From the NCBI GenBank assembly GCA_035084275.1, contig CM068750.1:11532001-11596000 (forward strand): a stretch of DNA of 64,000 nucleotides. The letters run 5' to 3'. Under the pieces are notes generated by a model that saw only the letters and a list, made by a program, of their open reading frames with translations, ran no database searches and was not told the origin of the DNA. Positions within the stretch are counted from its first letter, which is position 1; every line of letters begins with the position of its first letter. Made by a program: the position numbers and the translations under genes. This document shows positions 53,331 through 64,000 of this stretch, in pieces. The DNA comes from Hydrolagus colliei (Eukaryota).

Positions 53331-53692
53331 TATAAGTCAGGAAGAGATAAAAAGATGCAAAGAAGATGCGTGTTGTATAGATTTGTTTTTACAAATTAAG
53401 ACTGGTTAAATTCCGGTCCCAGTTATTTTCGTTTTCAGCAATTTTTAACACAAGTGGATATTTCTACAACTTGTTTAGGTGGCGGTATTCATGTAAAATA
53501 GCAACTCTATTTTCTTCAAGTCTAGGAACCTTCATATTTCATACAAAATTTTAAAAAAGATAATTCGAAACTCTTGTAAAAGGAGAAAACACGTATGAGA
53601 AAATACTGGATACATAGTTTTTAGCAAAGTAATAATACTGTACAGGTATGCTTGGATAGCTAAAATAAGCTTTTTGTGTCATGCTGCCATTC

Positions 53693-53850
53693 TACAAGAA
53701 CATAAGAATTTGTTAGACGAAAGAAGAAGTTCATGCCTTCCACCATCCCGGTAGTCATTTGACATATTGTATCACTGAGATATTATTTTCAAACAGAAAT
53801 CTATCTAATTTGTTCTTGAAACAAACAACACTTTCTGCTTCCACAGTCTA
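53693..53850 (-). mobile_element. CR1 3' UTR fragment
   Basis: ACAAGAACATAAGAATTTGTTAGACGAAAGAAG..CTATCTAATTTGTTCTTGAA..TTTCTGCTTCCAC resembles an antisense CR1 terminus. Confidence 0.5.
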
Positions 53851-53929
53851 CAATTGGATGCATTTGTTTTATATGCTTATTTGATATGATTTATTAGAAT
53901 ACAAAATGCTCACATTCATGGTAGACAGA

Positions 53930-54682
53930 TGCGAAAAAAGCCCCAGTATGCCCTGGTGCAGGAATAGTATTGGGGCTCACTTCCTGATTAGAAAATCAGA
54001 ATAGATAAAGTATGTGTGAGAATGTGTGGGTTTCAAATTGGACACACAAAGACTATTCAATCCCAGAGATAAGAGATTAGAGACCCCACACCAAGCAAAC
54101 CCATGACCTCCAGGGTTCAACGACACCTCAGGCCGAGACCATCTTGTGGCCATGAGACGAGCTTGGGTTTAAGTTTGTGACCCCGGCTTCTGAAGTCTGA
54201 GTATCACACCCACGCTTTCCAGCCAACACATCAGTAGATAGATCAATCAGTTGTAGACCCCAGCGCACACTACTTTCCCCCCCACCCAACCCAGATCATT
54301 TACAGACTTCAGAAATCCCCCATCACTGATTTGCAGATCCCAGGACCACCATCCCGATCATCTGCAAGATACCCACCCCGACTAAAATTCACTGGCCGTG
54401 GGCGGCGTTGAAATAACAATGATTTGATTTATTCTTACACTAAGACTGCTTGCTGTGAAGATAGGTATTCATCCTTAGGTAAGTAGATAGGTAGGCTGAT
54501 AGTAGTCTGCAGTGTTTGGCTTTAATATATGTTTTACCATGAGAACATAATATTTCCTCATATCTGTTTTGGAACTGTTTTTGTTCTGTAACAGAAGTGT
54601 GAGAAATATCTTACAAAATCATACAATTACTTATTTTGTGAACATAACGTTGGTTACGGGCAATCCACAGGGATGCACAACA
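53930..54682. mobile_element. Possible solo-LTR-like insertion
   Basis: About 750 bp that is richer in GC/CpG than its flanks in the first two-thirds, begins TG and ends ..CAACA. No convincing target-site duplication found. Confidence 0.3.
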
Positions 54683-54720
54683 GTTAACCTGGTTCGTTTG
54701 AAGCACTTAGAGCACTTTGA

Positions 54721-55110
54721 AGCACTCTTGCCTCTGAGTGACTGGGTTCAAGTTCCATGTTGGGACTTTGAGCTCATAGTCCAGGCTGATACTGCAATGC
54801 AGTCCTGAAGAGAGTTGCAACAACAACATCAAAAATATATTTGTAATGTGCCTTTCACATCTGGAGGACATCTCAAGGCACTGTCAGTGTTGCATTGTCA
54901 GTGTTGCTGTCCTTCGGATGAGACATTAAACTGAGGTCACGTTTGCCTGCTCAGGTTAACATTAAAGATCTCATAGCTTTTTGTGGGATGTTGCTGGGTG
55001 CAAATTGGCTGTTGGTTTTGCCTACAAACATACAGTCACTTCACTTTACAGTAATTCATGTGAAGTGCTTTGAGACATCTCGATGACATGATCAGGCAAG
55101 GATTATTATT
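54721..55110 (+). mobile_element. Deu-domain SINE interrupted by an antisense L2 tail (54820-54888)
   Basis: AGCACTCTTGCCTCTGAGT..GGGTTCAAGT..CCAGGCTGATAC..GCTGTCCTTCGGATGAGACATTAAACTGAGG..CTCAGGTTAACATTAAAGATC..GCAAGGATTATTATT. The insert is bracketed by a GTTGCA duplication. Confidence 0.85.
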
Positions 55111-56588
55111 AACCTCAATTTACTGCAGGTAGGAGGCTATGTTCTTGGCTAATTTCTTTACAGCACAGCAGTAAATGGACCGAAGCTCAAGGCAGGTGAC
55201 TGTTGGTTAAGATGTACACATCTGAAACTTTAAAATAAATAAGAATTCTCCTTTAAGAAAAGTAGACATAGATGGAAATGCATTGTGCCATAAATTGAAT
55301 AATACACTCCAAGGCCATATTTGGCAATAAATAGATGTAGGATTTATCATCCATCTTATTTAAAATTCAGAAATGTTAAAGGTATTCTACTCTCTTATTA
55401 TAGAAATAATGGAATTCTACCTATTACAGACTTATGGTAATTTAAAATATTGAAAAAATGCAATATATCAACAAATACAATATCTCTATAAAATGCCTTC
55501 CTGCTGATGTATAACTTAATACGTTTTGCAAAGGAATCAAGTAATCGTTTTGTAAGCCTTCATTTTGCAGCTGGCTTATGTGGATTGAGAGTTAGTTACC
55601 AGGATAATTCTTTGCACACTACAGCCAATAATCCAAATACATACTGCTGATTGAGCTTCCTTGCTTCAGTCCTATCATATAAAACATTGTGTGATCTATT
55701 AATTTTATTTTACATAAACTTCGTGCATGTGCATTGAATTTGGTGATTGTTTCACTCTTAGTACTGATACTCAGTTCATTTCTCGTCCAGTGACCTTATC
55801 TGAATGATGATTGAAGTGTTGTACTTTAAATTTGCAATCCAATCATGATTGTGCTTGTAGGTTATTTTAGTTACAAAACCTAGTGTAACTTGATTTTCAA
55901 AGGTATCTGCATAATTTTTTTAGTCTAGGTTTACCTTAACAAAATGGGGCCGATTTTATTTCTCATAAGAAATTGGTTGCATCTTTTGTTTTAAGAAATA
56001 AATACTGTACTCATAGTTGTCTCAATAATGTGACAATTTCAAGCAATAAATTTTAAGGGATATTTGGAAAAAATGCAACAATTCAATTAGCAATGAATAA
56101 TGATTTGACTACTCCAATAGAGTTACAATTCAACCAAGTGAAAATAAACACAATGCATGCCTTTGAATTTTTATTTGATAGTTGGCAGCTGAATACAGCA
56201 TTCTAAAACTCTGGCAGAGATAATTTCTCTCCCTGTGTGGAATCATTAACCAATTGTAATAAGTGCCGGTCATTCTTTCATTCCAGAGAAATAACTTGTT
56301 CTTGATTTAACAGAATAAAGTTATTATGGAGAAACTTTTCAAGGAACTCTCACACTCTGATTCATTTACTGGAGCAATAACATGTTTATCAATTAAATTA
56401 GTATGCCTCTTTTGGTTTGATTAACCCTGCAACAGGCCCAATAACAACAATTGTGTATGCTTTATTTGGTGAGTTGGCATCATGTATTTGTAGAAGCGTT
56501 CATTTTTATTATGCCAAATTGTTTTAAGCATATGGGACTGAATTATACAAGATTTTAATTGTCACTGATTTTAATTATTTTCCTTTAG

Positions 56589-56804
56589 TCACTGTGTTCT
56601 GAAATTAAACAACGACGGCGTGGGATAATATCCGTCCTGCGTTTATGCCAACGCCTCCTTGATGACACAGATGCCTGCTGTTTGGATGCTGATCGCCAGT
56701 CAATGCAACTTATTATTGTGAACCTGGAGAGAAGATGGGAAGCGATTATCATGCAAGCAGTGCAATGGCAGAACAGACTGCAAAGGCAACTAGGGAAAGA
56801 AAAG
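56589..56804 (+). CDS. AKAP6: AKAP6 coding exon E (216 bp, phase 0/0): SLCSEIKQRRRGIISVLRLCQRLLDD...MQLIIVNLERRWEAIIMQAVQWQNRLQRQLGKEK
   Basis: Acceptor TTATTTTCCTTTAG|, donor AAG|GTAATA. Conserved end of the last spectrin repeat. Confidence 0.97.
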
Positions 56805-56974
56805 GTAATAATTCACTGCATAACAACAGAGTGTAACAAATGCACCCAAGGGTTATTTTCTTTTTTTCCCCTCACCAATATGACTGTGATTCATATATGA
56901 CCCTTGCTGCTATTGGGGGTGATTTTGTGTGTGTGCATATGTGTGTGTGTTGGTGGGGTGGTGGGATTATACCT

Positions 56975-57097
56975 GGACTAAATCATTTCCTCACCTGACA
57001 ACTGCATACACCAACCGACCTTCCAGCAGTGGTCACTGGACAACATTTGGTACCTGAGGTCCTGGCCAATTTTCCACTTATTGAAGCCAGTTGTAGA
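56975..57097 (-). mobile_element. Old SINE-like repeat, antisense homolog of 45290-45510
   Basis: TTCCTCACCTGACA..CTTCCAGCAGTGGTCACTGGA..CCTGGCCAATTTTCC..GCCAGTTGTAG. Confidence 0.45.
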
Positions 57098-59160
57098 TGT
57101 GAATTATTTTTAAAGTCATGCTTATAGTTCTGCTTTAATAATCAAAGTTAAATGGCAAGCTTCCATGTTCAATATAAATTCTAAAATAGTCTTTGAAATA
57201 AATTAAAATAGGAATAAGAAGAAATTATATATTTTTATTGATAAAAAATGCCTTCCAACCTTCTTTCCCCCATGAGATCAGGTTTACTGTCTGAAATTCT
57301 CCTCATAGAAGAGCTCTGAGATGTCACCAAAACCAATTTCTCCATTCAGAGCAGTTTTCAGGAACTTGCATTTCATTTATACCATCCACACCTGCTGCCA
57401 AATGATTAACTTGGTGGTACAGCACAACCTGTCAATTCCTCCAAACAGATGGGTCATTAAGGCCTTCTACCCGCTTAACACATTCCAGTGGTTTTACTAG
57501 TTTCTGTGTAGGCTGTTGGGTCAGATGCCAAAAAGCATTATGCTCTCTTCAGACCCCGAGGATATCTTTAAGGATCTTTTCAAGGGCATTGCTACTTGTC
57601 CACGTTACCAGACCCCATTGTCTTTCTTTTCATACATGAAAACATTCACTATTACTGAAGAGGGAGAACAGCCAGAAGAGTTTCCAGCAGTATCATCAAA
57701 AAATCAATACAGTTATTTGCAGTACAATGTTTTTTGTTGTGAATTGCATTATCATCTGTGTTTTTGACAAACAAATACAAAATAAGTTTTTGGAACACAC
57801 TTTCTTTTGTTCAGACATCTTTAAAAGATGTAACCAGCATACTCAGACATTTTTTTTGAAAAGACTCTAGAGTTTAGATCCAGGTTTATCTTTTTGTGTT
57901 TGAAAGTACCTGTGTACAAACTCACCAATGTGAAATCATATCTGTGATCTCAACTTTACCCAGCGGAAATGTTTATGGTGCTGAATAGCCTATCACCACA
58001 ATTAGAGACAATACATTTTTTCTAAGCTATTGCTGTCGAGAGGGACTTATTTGATGTATATATTCATTTCAATTTAACTTTTTTTTCAAAGGACAAATAT
58101 GTGGATGTTTGATGATAATTTCAGACAAACAACAGTACAAATAATATCACTGCTTTAATTTGTTTTGCTGCAGGTTTATTTAAACAATTAATCTCTAAAC
58201 ACTTAAAACTTCTAACATCTGATAGCACATATATAGGTGTGCAAAATAATTATTACAGTATTATTTCTCATATTTTCTTACTGTAATCTATTCCTTTGCT
58301 CTTTAAAACATACTACTTATGTAAATAGTTGCAGTAGTTACATTATTTATTGCTTGTTTCACACAGAATGCAAGGTCAGCAGGAACATCGTAGAAAAAAA
58401 GTAATGTTTTATTTGATTAAACTGATTGATTGAACTAACAGTTGTGTTTATCATGCAGTAACAAACCAAGTTAGTCATTACTGTTTCCTTTATCAGCATG
58501 CAAATAATAAAACTCAATCTAATAAAAATTCATTAAGGTAGATGTAGAACATACCTAAGCAATTGTTAAATTCTCTATTATATCAGATTTACAGTCTTCA
58601 CATGGTCATGAGTAGACCTTTTTGCTGTGAATAAACTGAAAAATCAAATAAACCATTTAACTACTTCCCTAACCATTCTTTCCGAAATACTAGAATTTTG
58701 TTGTATTTTCCAGAATTAAAATAAGTTGCTTATTAATACTAATCCTGAATGTTAACTTGGTCCCAAGCCCCATACTTATTTTATTATAAACTCATATTGT
58801 ATTGCATAACAAAATAATGTTATTCTGTGTTTCAATTTATTCAACTATCTTTTTTTCCAACAATTTCATACATTAAGTGAGTCAGTCAGGATTGCAGAGA
58901 TGTTTGATTCTCTTTGAGTATACATTGGGATTGAAATATTTCTGTTATTAATTGGTCCTTCAATATTTTTTATTAATACTTCCCTCCAGTCACCCCCAAA
59001 CCACTGATGCATTGTTGTGTTGTAGTTTCACAAGTGCTGAGTATTCTCTCATACCTCACCAATTAAGCAGCAAACAGTCATGGATTGAGTGGTCAAATTC
59101 TTCTTATTTAAAAAAAATATTTATTGTTTTGAAGGGATTTTTATTCCTGGAAAAGTGATC

Positions 59161-59300
59161 CACCAATCGCCTAATAACCAGGTCCTACTTACTGCTAGGT
59201 AAACAGAGGCGTATGGAGTTACAAAACTTGCCCATGGTTTCGCCCTGCCTGGGATTCAAACCCAGGTCCTCTCTCTCTTGTGAGGCAAGTGCTCTACTCC
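59161..59300 (-). mobile_element. tRNA-headed SINE 5' part with central domain, antisense
   Basis: Reverse complement has the same head as 11331 and 13428 (AGCACTTGCCTCACAAG..GGACCTGGGTTTGAATCCCAGGCAGGGCGAAACCATGGGCAAGT..CTCCATACGCCT), then CTGTTTACCTAGCAGTAAGTAGG. Confidence 0.8.
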
Positions 59301-59361
59301 ATATAGTAAAGGAATACAACAATTTCATCAACTCTAAATCTGAATTTTTGATCTTTTATAG

Positions 59362-62300
59362 ATCTCTTTAAGCTGCATTGAACCAGGTTCAATGGATTTA
59401 AACATCTTTGGTGAAGATTCACTGGAATGGGATGAGACTGACATGAGTAATAACCTAATTGGTATCCAAGATGAGCTACCTGACCTTGCATGTGAACAAA
59501 ATAGCACACCACAATTATCACCTGAACCTTTGGAAAGTATTGCTGATGAATTCATGCTAGATCGATATAGCAGTGGCCCTGGTGAATCACTGTATAGTCC
59601 TGGTGAAGCTCCTTCCTCGTCAGGTGCACGCTTCTATCAAACCTACAATCTGCAGAATGTACAGTTCTATGGAAGAGATCGGATGACGTGTTTCAAAAAT
59701 ATCCCAGAACTTCCCACCTCAAAGTATCCAAACAGTTTAGTCAGGAGTAAAAGTAAAGATTCATCATTCTCATCCACCGACTCGTTACCAGATCTGTTAG
59801 GGGGCTTGACACCAGTCAAAGAAGACATACCAACATCACAAGGGCCATCTGAGAATGAGAGTGGAATTGTCAGTGAGGGTGATACAGAAACTGCAACAAA
59901 CTCTGAAACCTCTCTTCCAAATCAAGTTGATCAATCTCAGATTCACAGCACTCCTAAACCTCTGCACCCACTGATAGAGTTAAAACATAAGGATTGTCTG
60001 ATTAGATCGTGCATTTGTAAAAGACAGGGTTCTGTCGAAAAAAAGGAAGGAATGAATTCAACAATAAAACAAAGAACAAAGAATGAAGTTGAATCAACAA
60101 AAAATCTTCAGTCACTGTCTATGAGTAATGAAGGAAATTTACAGCCCCTTGATATTAATAAAATCACTCCAAAGGGTATTTCAAATGATCTAGAGGCACA
60201 ATATGATGTATTTACATTTTATGACTATTCTTATCTGCAGGGCCCTGAGCTTGAGTTAACTATGACTATAACTCACTCACCTGAAGAAAAAGCTACAGAT
60301 GGCAGCATGTCCTCCAAGCCACATTCTGCTGAATATATTTGTAAAAATAAACTAACAGCTCCAGAATCTAAACCAGACTGTAGCAAACCAGAAAGGAGTG
60401 CACCAGCGGTATCGGTAGGCAATCCTAAAACCTATTATAGTAAAGTACCTGATGTCAGAGTATCTCTAGATGTTACAAATGATAAAGAATTTACATTTTT
60501 GTCTCAGGGGTCATCAGTGGAATCATTCTCCATTGCTGGTGATATATTCCAACTTGGACCCAGCAGCTATAAAAATGAATGTCTTCAACGCAGTGCTTCC
60601 TTAGAGAGCTGGACCATTCCATACAAAGGCACAGAAGAGTTATTCAGTCATCATGGGTCAGGAGACATCAGTATGGGTAGTGATTCCGTAGGGGAGCTAA
60701 GTAAGAGGACATTAGATCTTTTGAAACGATTAGAAAACATCCAAACTCCAGTAAGTCCGAAAATGAAACGCAGCATTTCTGACATCACACTGCAGAGTAA
60801 CTCCCAAAAAATGTCGTTCACTGGCCAGCTGTCACTTGATGCTGCATCATCTGTCAATGAAGATTCTGCTGCTTCCCTGACAGAACTAAGCAGCAGTGAG
60901 GAGCTCTCTTTGTGTTCTGAAGACATAGTTGTTCATAAAAATGAAATTTTAGATTCCAATGCATTGTTCAAAAAACATACCAATCACTCAGTGACTGATG
61001 AAGCTGATGTCAATATAAGTATGATTGTCAACGTGTCCTGTACTTCTGCTTGTACAGATGAAGAAGATGATAGTGATTTGCTTTCCAGTTCAACCCTTAC
61101 GCTAACTGAAGAAGAACTGCACATCAAAGATGATGATGACTCCAGCATTGCCACAGATGATGAGATTACTGAAGAAAGTAATAACATTTTAGACGGAAAC
61201 TATATGAAAAGTGAATTTCATCAGTGGCTTAAACCAAACTTTTCTGTCACAAAGGAAAAGAAAAAATTGGATCCAGGTGAAAGAGTTCAGTGCAGGAAAG
61301 AGTCAAGTACTGGGTTATCCACTCTCAAACATATTTCGAGTCTTTATCCATTTTTAAACAATTCTGGACTGATGCTGCCAGAGTGTAAAGAAAAGGCAAA
61401 GAGCACCTCACTCTGTCACAGAGAGAGACATTTTAAACAAACCAGTATGGCCCCTGTGAAACATTTCTGTACTGACAATTTAAGTGATGATGTAGAGAAT
61501 GGCAATGTGGCAAAATGTCCAGTAAAGAGCAAGAAAGAACTAAGAGTTTTAGACAGCAAAAGATTTTATGAAAAGGAAGAATATACTAGCAAGACCCACA
61601 ATACAAAATGCTCGAAATTTGAATTCTCTAGTCGACCAGGGCAACAAAAAACAGATATTTCTAACACCTCGTACATTCCAGCCCAGTTTCCCACACAATC
61701 TCCACAAAGGAATGAATGTCATGCATGTTTTGAAGACAACGGGAGTGCGAAGCAAGTTTTACCTTTGCTTGCTTTTGATTCTGATGATGAAATGATTTTC
61801 TCAGGGAAGCCTCTAAAATATGATGTTGGTGTGTTAGATGAGAAAATAGCTCCAACATGTGAAAATAAGCAAAAATGCCAACATCACAACACTAGTGCAG
61901 AATTACCGTATAATTGCCAAAGTGATGAATATATTACCAATGAAGTTTCAGTGGAAAAATCTGATGCTATTTTGTGCTCATCTCATCATGAATGTGAAAA
62001 TAAACAGTTGGAAGAAGCTAACAAAGATGGTATAAACATGTTTTCAAGTTGTATCTGCCATTCTGATATGCCTCAGACTATCGATGGCGAAGAAGACAGT
62101 TCAGTTCACAATTTTGTGATGGAGATAATTGATATGGCATCATCAGCACTGAAAAACATCTCACAGCACGACTCTGACATCACCAGCCCAACATCAGTGG
62201 CTCAGATTAAGGAAAAAGTGTTAGAACATTCTCACCGACCTTTGCAGCTACGAAAAGGGGACTTTTATTCTTATTTGTCCATCTCATCACATGACAGTGA

Positions 62301-63123
62301 CTGTGGTGAGGTGAACACTTGTATAGATGAGAAAAGCACCACTCCACTTCCTTTGGATTTCAGTGATGAGTTCAGACCAGATAACAATGCTGAGGACGAA
62401 GCCTTTCTTGATGAAGATTTTGAAGAAAAATGTACTGATCATCCCTGTGTATTTAGTTTTGCACTTCAAAAAGAGGCAGTTTTAGATGGAACACCATATT
62501 CTTTGACCCAACCCGTATCATTTTCTGACAGGAAAACATTGTCACTGCCAAATGACAGACTGGAAGTAATAGTGCCAAAAGTTATTCATGCAACACCAAA
62601 TGATCAGAAGATATTGTGTGAAGGAAATCTAATTAAAACAAACAAAATTAGTCGTAATATAAAAACACTTTTAGGCCTCACTGGTCAAGTAGATCATAAA
62701 TCTGAAGACAGTATTGCTCCCTCTCTAGAGTGCCATATTGAGGCTCCATACATTAATCCTTTGCTGCTTAAAAATCAGATGGACAATACTGAGTGTTCAT
62801 CAGATGATGAATCAATTTTTTCTACATGTAAAATTGAAATGCCTGAACCCAACTATACTCAATTAAATATTGAAGAAGCTGAAAAACGTAAGTCAGTGAA
62901 ACAGCCTCACGAAATGAGAAGTAATCTCGTGAAGGACACACAACTAAATGACAGTCATTTTGAAAAAACTGGAGACAATCTGTTTATTAGCACTAAAATC
63001 CAATTCCCACAACATGGATATCCTGAGTATGAAAATTGCCAAGATATGGAATGTGAAATGGAAGACACGCTTTACAAGAAAGAGAAAAATGGCGATTGCG
63101 GGTTTGACCTGTCTCAAGAAGAG
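59362..63123 (+). CDS. AKAP6: AKAP6 large coding exon F (3762 bp, 1254 codons, phase 0/0), disordered scaffold region including the PKA-RII binding helix
   Basis: Acceptor ATCTTTTATAG|ATC is in frame with the 1250-aa ORF at 59392; donor GAG|GTAAGT. Conserved AKAP6 blocks: SKDSSFSST.SLPDLLGG, ESGIVSEGDTET, DVFTFYDYSYLQG, SVGELSKRTLDLL.RLENIQ, SMIVNVSCTSACTD, IKEKVLEHSHRP.QLRKGDFYSYLS. Confidence 0.97.
62101..62154 (+). other. AKAP6: PKA regulatory-subunit (RII) anchoring amphipathic helix SVHNFVMEIIDMASSALK
   Basis: Matches the recalled mAKAP RII-binding site (VHNFV.EIIDMAS.ALK) and has amphipathic hydrophobic periodicity. Confidence 0.9.
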
Positions 63124-63985
63124 GTAAGTTATATGATCCATTAGATCCACCATTCAGAAATTGTTATATACTAATTCTCTATTGTGCATCTGTCTTTGCC
63201 ATAACTAAAATGGAAATAGAATTTAAATAGTTATTTTAAATTGGAACCAAATCGAAACTTAAATTGGAGAGTGCCTCAAATTAGTCTTTTTCAAACAATG
63301 TATTTATTCTGAGTTGTAATTGTTATAGAATATGAAATGGGATAATATTAATATCTGATGATCTAATGCAAGTAATTTATTCTAAATACCATTTAGTTAA
63401 GTATTGCTTTGAAACACAAGCATGTTTTGTTTGTCTAAGCAGAATGAATGATTGAATGAAGTTAGCATTTTAATCCCATATTTCATATAAAGACATAGAT
63501 AGCATGAACCTTTGTAAAAATTTAAGATGTCACTTGACAGTTCCTATCTGTGTGTCTCTTTCTTGTTGTCTCTAAGAGCTGGTCATTTCTAGAATTACTT
63601 TCTTAATATTGACAAAGTGCAGATAACATAAAAGTCCACACCTACAAAACAATGACATGACTAAAACAATTCACAATGAATTTCATGGATTAAGATGCTT
63701 GACATTTTGTAGGCTATTAAAAGACTTAACATGGATTAGCAGCATTGTGTATTTAATAAAAAGATTATGGATATTCCCTGTGAATCCTATGATAGTAAGA
63801 CATTCAAGAGTACGGTCAAAGAATACTGGTCATGTGTATAAAGAAGATTTACTTTGATGGCTTTTATGATGCTGTATAGCTTAACTAAGTGTTATTGAAA
63901 CTAAGGTTGTGTTTATGTTTCATTTTTTATTTTGCTATTGGTGGAACCAGAGTAACAAATAATAATACACTTTTCTGATTTGCAG

Positions 63986-64000
63986 ATTCCTAGCTCTTCA
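63986..64000 (+). CDS. AKAP6: Probable next AKAP6 exon (start only, runs off window): IPSSS...
   Basis: Pyrimidine-rich acceptor CACTTTTCTGATTTGCAG| at 63985. Open in phase 0 after the exon F donor, but only 15 nt are visible. Confidence 0.5.

Noticed and set aside
59392-63144. 1250-aa ORF as a standalone single-exon gene
   Set aside because: It is an internal AKAP6 exon: the frame opens at the acceptor at 59362, upstream of the ATG, and a perfect donor precedes the stop.
60651-63153. Antisense and alternative-frame ORFs within exon F, and 43889-44116 opposite exon D
   Set aside because: Shadow ORFs of the AKAP6 coding sequence.

Overview
Eukaryotic (vertebrate) genomic DNA, AT-rich and mostly intronic. 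The window holds the 3' half of an AKAP6 (mAKAP, A-kinase anchoring protein 6) gene on the + strand. Six complete coding exons were read by hand, all with GT-AG boundaries and consistent reading phase: 20433-20581, 23326-23446, 41309-41455, 43893-44117, 56589-56804 and the 3762-bp exon 59362-63123. A probable seventh in-frame exon starts at 63986 and runs off the window. These exons encode the C-terminal spectrin-repeat region, a LEWD motif and the PKA-RII anchoring helix. Positions 1-20432 appear to be one long upstream intron. The introns carry tRNA-headed SINEs with (ATT)n tails, Deu-domain SINEs, L2 3' ends with (GTT)n tails, decayed CR1 LINEs, a Tigger/pogo-like non-autonomous DNA transposon, Penelope-like foldback remnants and a 132-N assembly gap. 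This repeat content suggests a cartilaginous fish, possibly Callorhinchus; that is inference only. Nearly all short ORFs in the supplied track are spurious. I found no prokaryote-type system. The best leads are a possible coding C-terminal extension of AKAP6, a kinesin-light-chain-type LEWD motif, a candidate poison exon, hammerhead-like remnants and a double cruciform inside the MITE. Comparisons to human AKAP6 and to repeat consensus sequences are from memory, not from database searches.
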